Below are positions 1 through 7,766 of a stretch of DNA of 15,821 bases, piece after piece (the stretch's first letter is position 1; every line of letters starts with the position of its first letter). The notes beneath the pieces were generated by a model, which was given only the letters and a program-made list of their open reading frames with translations, did not search any database and was not told the DNA's origin. This DNA is from Candidatus Diapherotrites archaeon CG10_big_fil_rev_8_21_14_0_10_31_34 (GTDB lineage Archaea; Iainarchaeota; Iainarchaeia; Iainarchaeales; 1-14-0-10-31-34), in the NCBI GenBank assembly GCA_002763225.1, contig PFAI01000016.1, forward strand, positions 1 to 15,821, in the 5' to 3' direction. The position numbers and the translations under genes are program-made.

Positions 1-1
1 A

Positions 2-430
2 ATTCTCTAACCCTTCAACTATTTTTTCTCCCTGCACTTTTGTTTTTCCATAAAAATTCAATGGATTAACTGAATCTTTTTCTGAATAACTGCCTTTTAA
101 TCCATCAAAAACATAGTCAGTGGAAAAAAAAACGAGTTTGGAATTAAACGCCCTGCATGAATCAACAACATTTCTTGTGCCTTCAACATTAACTTCAATT
201 GCTTTTTCTTTTTCTGCTTCACAATATTCAACATTAGTTATTCCTGCAGGAAGCAAAACAATATCAGGATTTAAATCTTTAAACAAATAAATCAATGACT
301 GACCGTCAGTCATATCCAAAGAATAATCAACCCTGCCGTCAATTCCTGCAGTAATCACTTTGATTCCTTTTTTTTTGAAAACAGAAACAATTTTTTCTCC
401 AAGAAAACCTTTTCCAATCAAAAAAATCAT
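2..430 (-). CDS. rfbD: dTDP-4-dehydrorhamnose reductase (RmlD/RfbD family SDR), 5' part; runs off the left window edge
   Basis: Missing from the ORF track; translated by hand from ATG at 430: MIFLIGKGFLGEKIV...NPDIVLLPAGITNVEYCE...AIEVNVEGTRNVV...VFFSTDYVFDG.KGSYSEKD..NPLNFYGKTK. The STDYVFDG and YxxxK motifs are typical of RmlD. The start overlaps the rfbB stop (ATGA). Confidence 0.88.
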   Translation of the reverse strand, partial: MIFLIGKGFLGEKIVSVFKKKGIKVITAGIDGRVDYSLDMTDGQSLIYLFKDLNPDIVLLPAGITNVEYCEAEKEKAIEVNVEGTRNVVDSCRAFNSKLVFFSTDYVFDGLKGSYSEKDSVNPLNFYGKTKVQGEKIVEGLEN

Positions 431-1383
431 TTTTTCTTTAATGGTTTCCACCACCAAGAATTATTTTTATACCATTTAATAGTTTCTTTTAAAGCCTGTT
501 CAAAAGAATGTTCTGGAATAAAACCCAGTTTTTTTATTTTATCACAGTTTAAAGCATAACGCCAGTCATGCCCTTTCCTGTCTTCAACAAATTCAATTGA
601 ATCTTTTTCTTTTCCTAATTCATTCAAAATAAAATCAGTTATAAACAAATTTGATTTTTCATTTCCCCCGCCGACATTATAGGTTTCTCCTTTCTTTCCT
701 TTTTCCATTACTTTAATTACTGCATCACAATTATCTTTAACATAAATCCAGTCCCTGATGTTTTTTCCATCACCATAAACAGGAACTTTTTTTTGTTCCA
801 AAAGATTAGTGATAAACAAAGGAATTAATTTTTCTGGAAACTGGTTTGGCCCAAAATTATTTGAAGAACGAGTAATTTTTACATTCAAATCATAAGTTTT
901 AAAATAAGAAAAAGCAAGCCTGTCTGCTCCAGCTTTAGAAGCAGAATAAGGAGAAGAAGGCATTAATGCACTTTCCTCTGAAAACAAGCCTGATTCAATG
1001 CTCCCATAAACTTCATCAGTGGAAATCTGAATAAACTCTAAATCTTTTTTTCTTGCTTCCTCCAGCAAAACAAATGTTCCAAACACATCAGTTTTAATAA
1101 AGTCTTCAGGGGAAACAATTGAACGGTCAACATGAGATTCAGCAGCAAAATTAATTATTATATCAGAGTCTTTTGCTGCTTTTTCCACAACTTTTTTATC
1201 ACAAATATCTCCTTTAATAAAACTGTAATTCTTGTTTGATTCAATTTCTTTCAGGTTTTCTAATCTGCCTGCATAAGTTAATTTATCCAAATTAACTATT
1301 TTTGAGTCAGAATAAACAGAAAAATAATGCTTGATAAAATTGCTTCCGATAAATCCTGCTCCTCCGGTTACAAGCAAATTCAT
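427..1383 (-). CDS. rfbB: dTDP-glucose 4,6-dehydratase
   Basis: Motifs LLVTGGAGFIGSNF, DKLTYAG, FAAESHVDRSI, STDEVYG, PSSPYSASK, QFPEKLIP, RDWIYV and DRKGHD.RY. Start moved to ATG 1383 (MNLLVTGG), which follows a GGAGG RBS. Confidence 0.95.
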   Translation of the reverse strand: MNLLVTGGAGFIGSNFIKHYFSVYSDSKIVNLDKLTYAGRLENLKEIESNKNYSFIKGDICDKKVVEKAAKDSDIIINFAAESHVDRSIVSPEDFIKTDVFGTFVLLEEARKKDLEFIQISTDEVYGSIESGLFSEESALMPSSPYSASKAGADRLAFSYFKTYDLNVKITRSSNNFGPNQFPEKLIPLFITNLLEQKKVPVYGDGKNIRDWIYVKDNCDAVIKVMEKGKKGETYNVGGGNEKSNLFITDFILNELGKEKDSIEFVEDRKGHDWRYALNCDKIKKLGFIPEHSFEQALKETIKWYKNNSWWWKPLKKK

Positions 1384-1384
1384 T

Positions 1385-1849
1385 TCATCCTCCTTTTTTT
1401 GCCTTCCATTCAAAAGCAATCTCTTTTGAATTAAAAGCCAGCCTTATTTCATCCGGATTAACATAATCATATGTTTTTGTCGGAAAATTTAATATTAATG
1501 CCATGTTTTCATCAGCTGACTCAAAACCATGCATTACTTTTCTCGGAATTTTCAATAAAATTCTGTTTTCTTCTTTTTCTCCCAACAAAAATTCGTTTAC
1601 TTCATTAAATGTTTTTGAATTTTTTCTTTTATCGCATAAAACAACTTTAGCATTTCCTTTAACACAAACAAAATGATCTGTCTGATTTTCATGCATATGC
1701 CAGCCTTTAACATAATCAGGATTAACACAAGTAATATACGCCTGGCCGAATTCCTCAAAAATTTCATCATCTTTTCTGAGAATTTCCATTAAATAGCCTC
1801 TTTCATCATCAATTCTCTTTAATTTTTTTAGTTTGATTCCTTCAATCAC
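1385..1849 (-). CDS. rfbC: dTDP-4-dehydrorhamnose 3,5-epimerase family protein (RmlC-like cupin)
   Basis: Motifs DERGYLME, VKGWHMH and IPRKVMHGF. GTG start with GAGGTGA RBS (1856-1862). Adjacent to rfbB and rfbD. Confidence 0.85.
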   Translation of the reverse strand: MIEGIKLKKLKRIDDERGYLMEILRKDDEIFEEFGQAYITCVNPDYVKGWHMHENQTDHFVCVKGNAKVVLCDKRKNSKTFNEVNEFLLGEKEENRILLKIPRKVMHGFESADENMALILNFPTKTYDYVNPDEIRLAFNSKEIAFEWKAKKGG

Positions 1850-1885
1850 GCGACATCACCTCAATAAAATAACCAAACAAAACTA

Positions 1886-2818
1886 TTAAAGATTATTTTG
1901 TTCACGAAAAAAATCAATTGTCTTAATTAAACCTTCATTCAAAGAAATTTTTGGTTTCCAATTCAATTTTTTTTTAGCCAGAGAAATATCAGGTTTTCTT
2001 TGTTTTGGGTCATCCTGCAAAGAAGGCTTGAATTCTATTTTCAAGTCTTTTCCGGTTAATTCCTTTATTTTTTCTGCAAAATCCAGAATAGAAAATTCTT
2101 CCGGATTGCCTAAATTAATTGGCCCGAAAAAATCTGATTCCATTGTTTTTAAGATTCCTTCAATCATATCAGAAACAAAACAAAAACTTCTGGTTTGTTT
2201 TCCTGAACCATAAACAGTTAAAGGCCTGTTGTTTAAAGCCTGATTAATAAAATTTGGCACAACTCTCCCGTCATTAATTCTCATTCTTGGCCCATAAGTA
2301 TTAAAGATTCTGACAATTTTTCCTTTGAAATTAAATTGTTTTTCATAAGCCTTAATTAATGCTTCAGAAAATCTTTTTGATTCATCATAACAAGAACGGA
2401 TTCCGACAGGATTTACGTTTCCATAATAAGATTCTTTTTGGGGATGCTCTAAAGGGTCTCCATAAACTTCTGAAGTAGAAGTAAACAAAAATTTTGCCTT
2501 GTTTTTTAAAGCTAAATCAAGCAAGTTTTTTGTTCCAACTGAACCAACTAACATTGTTTCAACCGGCTTGGAAAAATAATCAACAGGAGAAGCAAGAGAA
2601 GCTAAATGAAAAACTTCTTCAACTTTTTCTTCAAAAGAAAAAAAATTAATATCCTGTTCCAGAAAATGGAATTTATTGTTTTCCATTAAATGCTCAATGT
2701 TTTTTTTGTTTCCTGAAACAAGGTTATCAACACAAAAAACTTTTTTTCCCTGTGCAATTAATGAATCACATAAATGGCTTCCAATAAAACCTGCGCCTCC
2801 GGAAACTAAAACTTTCAT
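1886..2818 (-). CDS. uxs: UDP-glucuronate decarboxylase (UDP-xylose synthase) family SDR
   Basis: Motifs GGAGFIGSHLCD, FHLASLASP, STSEVYGDPLEHPQ.ESYYGNVNPVG.RSCYDESKR, RIFNTYGPRM..NDGRVV.NF and DDPKQRKPDI. Same operon as UDP-glucose dehydrogenase. Confidence 0.85.
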   Translation of the reverse strand: MKVLVSGGAGFIGSHLCDSLIAQGKKVFCVDNLVSGNKKNIEHLMENNKFHFLEQDINFFSFEEKVEEVFHLASLASPVDYFSKPVETMLVGSVGTKNLLDLALKNKAKFLFTSTSEVYGDPLEHPQKESYYGNVNPVGIRSCYDESKRFSEALIKAYEKQFNFKGKIVRIFNTYGPRMRINDGRVVPNFINQALNNRPLTVYGSGKQTRSFCFVSDMIEGILKTMESDFFGPINLGNPEEFSILDFAEKIKELTGKDLKIEFKPSLQDDPKQRKPDISLAKKKLNWKPKISLNEGLIKTIDFFREQNNL

Positions 2819-2827
2819 AAAAAAACC

Positions 2828-3724
2828 TTAAATCAAATCAACAGAATTCTTCAGATATTTTGATAGTTCTTTATTCATTTCAGGTCTCTTTAAAGCATAC
2901 TCAATATTTGCCTTTAAATAACTCATTTTGTCTCCAACAGTAAGCCATTGCCCGTCCTGAATTTCATAAGCCATTAATTTATCTATTTCATTTAAAATCC
3001 TTAAACCATCAGTTAACTGAAGCTCGTTTCCTTTTCCAAAAGGAATTTCCTCTAAAATCCCAAAAATTTCAGGTTTCAACAAATATCTTCCAACAATAGC
3101 CAAATCAGACGGCGCTTTATTTACAGCAGGCTTTTCAACCATTCCTTCAACCACAATCTGACCATTAACTTTTTTGTATTTAATTATTCCAAACTTAGGG
3201 ATTTCACTTTTTGAAACTTTTTGAACGCATAAAACAGAAGAATTATGTTTTTCATAAACATTAATTAAATTCTTTAAAGCAGGCTTATCAGATAAAATCA
3301 AATCATCTCCTAACAAAACAGCAAAAGGCTCATTTCCAATATGCTTTTTTGCACACAACACAGCATGGCCTAAACCCAAAGGCTCTTTTTGTCTGATATA
3401 ATAAATGTCAGCAAGATTATCAATTTCCTGCAATTGTTTAAGCCAATCTTTTTTTCCTTTTTCTTCAAGAACAGAATATAATTCCGGAACCCTGTCAAAA
3501 TGATTTTCAATTGCAGTCTTGTCTTTTCCGGTAACAATAATAATATCATCAATTCCGGATTTAACTGCTTCTTCAACAATATACTGAATCGCAGGCTTGT
3601 CTACAACAGGAAACATTTCTTTTGGAATTGCCTTGCTTGCAGGCAAAAATCTTGTTCCAAGACCTGCAGCAGGAATAACAGCTTTTTTTACAACAGTAGT
3701 TTCATGAATTAAATTTTTTACCAA
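2828..3724 (-). CDS. galU: UTP--glucose-1-phosphate uridylyltransferase
   Basis: Motifs KAVIPAAGLGTRFLPASKAIPKEM, IENHFD, RQKEPLGLGHAV, LLGDD, VEKP and ELQLTD. TTG start overlaps the end of ugd; the exact start is uncertain. Confidence 0.92.
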   Translation of the reverse strand: MVKNLIHETTVVKKAVIPAAGLGTRFLPASKAIPKEMFPVVDKPAIQYIVEEAVKSGIDDIIIVTGKDKTAIENHFDRVPELYSVLEEKGKKDWLKQLQEIDNLADIYYIRQKEPLGLGHAVLCAKKHIGNEPFAVLLGDDLILSDKPALKNLINVYEKHNSSVLCVQKVSKSEIPKFGIIKYKKVNGQIVVEGMVEKPAVNKAPSDLAIVGRYLLKPEIFGILEEIPFGKGNELQLTDGLRILNEIDKLMAYEIQDGQWLTVGDKMSYLKANIEYALKRPEMNKELSKYLKNSVDLI

Positions 3725-4983
3725 GATAATCCCTCATAATTTAAGGGTTTAATTTCCTTAAAAATGTTTCTTGCATCAAAAACAGGCTTTTCTTTGAAAT
3801 CCAGAGAAGAAAATTCATTCCAGTCAGTTAAAATCAAAACAATATCACTTAAATCAACTGTATTTTGAGGGGAATTATTATAAGAAATTTCAGGAATTTC
3901 TTTTTTCATGTTTTCTTCTGCCTGAGGATCATGAGCAATAACTTCTGCACGCTCTTTTAAAAGCAGTTTAATTACAGGAATTGAACGGCTTTCCCTTACA
4001 TCATCTGTTCCTGCCTTAAAAGCCAATCCAAGAACAGCAACCTTTTTTCCTTTTAATTCAGTCCTGGATTTAATTAAATCCAAAAAAACTTTTGGCTGCA
4101 ATTCATTTACCTGCATAACAGAATCAAGCAAAAAAGTTTCAATGCCTAATTCATTTCCTTTAGCAATCAAAGCAGAAACATCTTTAGGAAAACAACTGCC
4201 CCCAAAACCAATTCCTGCATTTAAAAAATTCGGGGAAATTCTTTTATCCAACCCGACTCCTTTAGAAACAATATAAGTGTCAATGCCCATTCTCTTACAG
4301 ATATTTCCAACTTCATTAATAAAAGAAATTTTTGTTGCAAGCAAAGAGTTAGAAGCATATTTAATCATTTCAGCTTCAGAAAAACCGCAAAAAAATTTAG
4401 GAGAAGAAAAAGAAGAATAAACTTCTTCCATTATTTTCTTTGTTTTTTCTTCTTCTAGTCCTAAAATAATTCTATCAGGATTCAAAAAATCCTCTAAAGC
4501 AAATCCTTCCCTTAAAGTTTCAGGGTTCATGCACAAGCCAAACTCCCCAAGATTTTTTCCTGAATGCTTTTCAAGCAAAGGCAAAACAAGTTTTTCAGTT
4601 GTAGAAGGCACAACAGTACTTTTAACTACAACAACATGAAAATCCGTTTTTTCTTTTAAAGCAAAAGCAATTTCTTTTGAAACAGTTTCAACAAAACTCA
4701 AATCACATTTACCTTTTTCATCACAAGGAGTTCCAACACAAATAAAAGAAACAGCTGAATCAGATACTGCTTTTTTTAAATCAGTAGAGGCAAAAAGGTT
4801 TATTCCAACAGTTTTATTCAGTGCTTCCCTTAATCCTTTCTCAAAAATTGGAGGAATTTTATTGTTAATCATTTCAACTTTTTCTTTGTTGTTGTCAACA
4901 CAAACAACTTTATGGCCGTTTAATGCTAAACCAACTCCTGTAATCAACCCGACATAGCCTGTTCCAATAACCGAAATATTCAT
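3718..4983 (-). CDS. ugd: UDP-glucose/GDP-mannose 6-dehydrogenase family protein (probably UDP-glucose 6-dehydrogenase)
   Basis: Motifs IGTGYVGL, ICVGTP, KSTVVP, NPETLREG, catalytic GFGGSCFPKD and LGLAFKAGTDDVRES. GGAGTGA RBS at 4988-4994. Confidence 0.93.
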   Translation of the reverse strand: MNISVIGTGYVGLITGVGLALNGHKVVCVDNNKEKVEMINNKIPPIFEKGLREALNKTVGINLFASTDLKKAVSDSAVSFICVGTPCDEKGKCDLSFVETVSKEIAFALKEKTDFHVVVVKSTVVPSTTEKLVLPLLEKHSGKNLGEFGLCMNPETLREGFALEDFLNPDRIILGLEEEKTKKIMEEVYSSFSSPKFFCGFSEAEMIKYASNSLLATKISFINEVGNICKRMGIDTYIVSKGVGLDKRISPNFLNAGIGFGGSCFPKDVSALIAKGNELGIETFLLDSVMQVNELQPKVFLDLIKSRTELKGKKVAVLGLAFKAGTDDVRESRSIPVIKLLLKERAEVIAHDPQAEENMKKEIPEISYNNSPQNTVDLSDIVLILTDWNEFSSLDFKEKPVFDARNIFKEIKPLNYEGLSW

Positions 4984-5074
4984 TAAATCACTCCAAAAAA
5001 GATAACAGATAAAGAAAACTTAAAGAAACTATTTTAAAATAAGAATGGTGCATATATAATATGATAGTATATGC
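4984..5074. promoter_or_regulatory. Divergent promoter region (ugd operon / RHH-nucleotidyltransferase A) with TATA-like box and candidate operator
   Basis: TTTTAAAA at 5032-5039, preceded by purine-rich AAAGAAAC. Palindrome CATA-TATAA-TATG at 5051-5063. Outer inverted repeat GCATATA (5050-5056) / TATATGC (5068-5074). Confidence 0.6.
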
Positions 5075-5877
5075 GGGAAAGAGTCACAATTACAATTAAA
5101 GAAGATGTACTTAAGCAGGTTGACAGAATAGTTGACGGTTTAACTATTAGAAGCAGAAGCCAGGCAATAGAATTTCTTTTATCAAAAACCCTTTCAGATT
5201 ACAGATTAAAAAACGCATTGATTTTAGCCGGAGGAAAAGACTTAATCAAAGGAATTCCAAAGAAAAGCAAATTCATTTTAGAGATTAATGGAAAATATTT
5301 GATTGAAAAAGTAATAAACAATTTAGAGGAATTCCACACAGGAAAAATTACAGTCAGCATGGATTCAAACAAAGAACAAATAATAAAAAAGCTTAATGAA
5401 AAAAAGATTTCAGTTGATTTTCTTGAATTAGATAAAGCTTCTGGTACAATTGAACCAATCAATAAAATGAAAAACAATTTTAAAGACACTTTTGCTGTAG
5501 TTCATGGAGACACTTTAAGCAGTTTAAATTTAAATGAAATGCTTGAGTTTCATCAGTCAAATAAAGCTCTTGCAACAATTGCTTTAACTACTGTGAATAA
5601 CCCGAAAGATTATGGAGTAGCAATGCTGCAAGGCAAAAAAATAACTGAATTTATTGAAAAACCTAAAAACGAAGCAGGAAGTTATTTGATTAGCGCAGGA
5701 TATTATATTTTTGAGCCAGAAATATTCAAATATATTTCAAGGGATATGAAAAGCATTGAAAAAGACTTGTTTCCAAAGCTGGCAGAAAAAGGTTTGCTGA
5801 ATGGCTATCCTTTTCAGGGAATCTACTTAAATGTTAACACAAAAAAAGACTTTGAAAAAGCAAAAAGGATTTTGTAA
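5071..5877 (+). CDS. RHH (NikR/CopG-like) domain fused to a degenerate sugar-phosphate nucleotidyltransferase domain; probable transcriptional regulator (paralog A)
   Basis: N-terminus RERVTITIKEDVLKQVD...RSRSQAIEFLL fits the RHH strand-helix-helix pattern. The rest has ALILAGG, HGD, DYGVA, FIEKP and AGYYIFEP, but lacks GxGTRLxP. Confidence 0.8.
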   Translation: MRERVTITIKEDVLKQVDRIVDGLTIRSRSQAIEFLLSKTLSDYRLKNALILAGGKDLIKGIPKKSKFILEINGKYLIEKVINNLEEFHTGKITVSMDSNKEQIIKKLNEKKISVDFLELDKASGTIEPINKMKNNFKDTFAVVHGDTLSSLNLNEMLEFHQSNKALATIALTTVNNPKDYGVAMLQGKKITEFIEKPKNEAGSYLISAGYYIFEPEIFKYISRDMKSIEKDLFPKLAEKGLLNGYPFQGIYLNVNTKKDFEKAKRIL

Positions 5878-5879
5878 AA

Positions 5880-5987
5880 CAAACTTTTTCAAAAAAAGTT
5901 TGATCAAAAACGGTTTGCTTCGCAAACACAAATTCTCAGAAAAGTTTGATCAAAAACACTTTTTTCAAAAAAAGCTGCACCAAAAAC
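5880..5987. repeat. Intergenic hairpin/direct-repeat cluster between convergent genes (REP-like; possible bidirectional terminator)
   Basis: AAAAGTTTGATCAAAAAC is exact at 5894-5911 and 5940-5957, with a 14/18 copy at 5970-5987. Stem CAAACTTTT/AAAAGTTTG at 5880-5902. Hairpin GTTTGC-TTC-GCAAAC at 5913-5927. Confidence 0.8.
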
Positions 5988-5989
5988 AA

Positions 5990-6805
5990 TCAAAAAAATT
6001 CTTCAAACAATTCTTTTTCTTCTAAAATTTGTTTTTCTGTTACGCCCTTGAAGTGCTCGATGATTACAGGAATTTCTTTGATTTGTTTTATCTGCTTAAG
6101 CAGGTCAAGCTCTTTTTCAGAAACAGGCAAATGAATTTTTTCCCCAATTGGTTTATGCAAATGAATTTCCTTTATTTTATCCTTGAACTGCATTAAATCA
6201 CTGAAAGTGTTATCGCTTAAAGAATGACCTAAATCAAAAAGCAAACCAAAAGAAGGAAAAGAATCAAAAACCTTTTGAAATTTTTCCCCAAAAACCAAAG
6301 CCTTGTTTTCATTTGAACTAATGTTTTCAATAGCCAAAGAAAACTTTTGTTTTTTGTTTTTTTCAGCAAAATAATTTAATACGTCAAACAAATTTTTCCA
6401 GCTTTGTTTGCTGTCAAGTTTTTCTTCAATTTTTGCATCTCCGATTCCGCCAATATCTTTATAAGAAACTTCAAACAAGAACCCTGGATGAAAACTAATT
6501 ATTTTTGCCCCTGCAAGTCCGGCAAAAACAAAAAAAGAATCAATTATCTGTTTATTTGTTTCAGTTAAACCCAAAGAAGGATTAAACCAGATTTTTTCTC
6601 TCATTGGGGGAAATAAGCCGTGTAAAGTGAAAGCAACATCAGGAAAATTGTCACGGATTTTCTTTGTGGTTTCAATTAAGTTTTCTTCAAATTTGTGCGC
6701 AGCGCCTAACTCAATTGTTTTAAAGCCTAAAGAATAAGCTTGTTCAATTGAATCATAAACTGAAAAGCCATTTGAAGCAAAATAACTTGAACTAATTCCC
6801 AGCAT
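5990..6805 (-). CDS. Xylose isomerase-like TIM-barrel protein (sugar phosphate isomerase/epimerase, AP-endonuclease-2 fold)
   Basis: Strand-end motifs IELG, TLHG, SFHPG, AIEN, LLFDLGH, EIHLH, H.P and IIEH retain the E/D/H/E metal ligands. GGGGA RBS upstream. Confidence 0.8.
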   Translation of the reverse strand: MLGISSSYFASNGFSVYDSIEQAYSLGFKTIELGAAHKFEENLIETTKKIRDNFPDVAFTLHGLFPPMREKIWFNPSLGLTETNKQIIDSFFVFAGLAGAKIISFHPGFLFEVSYKDIGGIGDAKIEEKLDSKQSWKNLFDVLNYFAEKNKKQKFSLAIENISSNENKALVFGEKFQKVFDSFPSFGLLFDLGHSLSDNTFSDLMQFKDKIKEIHLHKPIGEKIHLPVSEKELDLLKQIKQIKEIPVIIEHFKGVTEKQILEEKELFEEFF

Positions 6806-6899
6806 TTTATCCCCGCAAAAAAATAAATTAAAGCAATAAAAAATTAGAAGAGTTTGATTTTTAAATAAATGTAATCATAATTAATATGAAAAAGTATGA
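6806..6899. promoter_or_regulatory. Divergent promoter region (TIM-barrel gene / RHH-nucleotidyltransferase B) with TATA-like box and candidate operator
   Basis: TTTTTAAATAA at 6858-6868. Palindrome TCATA-ATTAA-TATGA at 6875-6889. A further GTATGA at 6894-6899 overlaps the start codon. Confidence 0.6.
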
Positions 6900-7741
6900 A
6901 CAAGAAAAGCGATAAAGAAAGAGTAACAATTAATATTGCTTCTAATGTTTTAAAAACAATTGACAGCAGAATTGACGGCCAAAAAATAAGAAACAGAAGC
7001 CATGCAATAGAAAACCTGGTTAGAAAAGCAATTCAAAGCACTGATTTATCCGCTGCATTTATTTTAGCCGGAGGAAAAGGAACAAGATTAAGGCCTTTAA
7101 CTGACAACATAACAAAACCAATGATCCAAGTCAAAGAAAAACCAATTCTGGAATACATAATTGAACTGCTGGCAAAATATGATGTAAGAAACGCAATTAT
7201 AGCATTAGGATACAAAGGAGAACAAATCAAAGAATATTTTGGAAACGGAGAAAAATGGAATATGAACATTGAATATGTAACAGAAAAAAAGCCTTTGGGA
7301 ACAGGAGGGCCATTAAGACTGGCAAGAAATTTGCTTGTAGACGAATTCCTGATGTTTAACGGAGACAATTTAACTAATATTAATTTAAAAGACATGCATT
7401 CTTTTCACAAAAAAAACAATGCTTTTGCAACAATAGCCCTTTCATCAGTTAAAGACCCAAAAAACTTTGGGGTAATTGAATTGCAGGGAAACCAAATCAA
7501 AAGATTTATTGAAAAACCAAGCAAGCCGGAATCAAATCTGATTAACGCAGGAACATATATCCTGAAACCAGAAGTAATTGATTTGATTCCAAAAGGATTT
7601 TCTTTAATTGAAAAAGATGTTTTTCCTCAGTTAAGCGAAGAAGGAAAATTATATGGGTATGTCTATAACGGCCAATGGTTTCCAACTGACACATTTGAAA
7701 GATATGAAAAAGCAAAAACCGAATGGAAAGGAATAATTTGA
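6896..7741 (+). CDS. RHH domain fused to a sugar-1-phosphate nucleotidyltransferase (mannose-1-phosphate guanylyltransferase-like) domain (paralog B)
   Basis: RHH: KERVTINIASNVLKTID...RNRSHAIENLVRKAI. Transferase: ILAGGKGTRLRPLT..ITKPM, EKKPLGTGG, FNGD, FIEKP, INAGTYIL. No C-terminal beta-helix domain. Confidence 0.85.
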   Translation: MNKKSDKERVTINIASNVLKTIDSRIDGQKIRNRSHAIENLVRKAIQSTDLSAAFILAGGKGTRLRPLTDNITKPMIQVKEKPILEYIIELLAKYDVRNAIIALGYKGEQIKEYFGNGEKWNMNIEYVTEKKPLGTGGPLRLARNLLVDEFLMFNGDNLTNINLKDMHSFHKKNNAFATIALSSVKDPKNFGVIELQGNQIKRFIEKPSKPESNLINAGTYILKPEVIDLIPKGFSLIEKDVFPQLSEEGKLYGYVYNGQWFPTDTFERYEKAKTEWKGII

Positions 7742-7766
7742 TTATATTTATTACAGGGGGAATAAA

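Noticed and set aside
1384..1419. 12-aa N-terminal extension of rfbB in the ORF track
   Set aside because: It overlaps the rfbC 3' end. ATG 1383 has a GGAGG RBS and begins the Rossmann motif.
1462..1473. CATA-ATCA-TATG inside rfbC resembling the operator
   Set aside because: The spacer is 4 nt rather than 5 and the site lies within coding sequence far from any promoter.
5880..5987. Mini CRISPR array
   Set aside because: The repeat is only 18 bp, the intervals are unequal (28 and 12 nt) and themselves structured or repetitive, and no cas genes are present.
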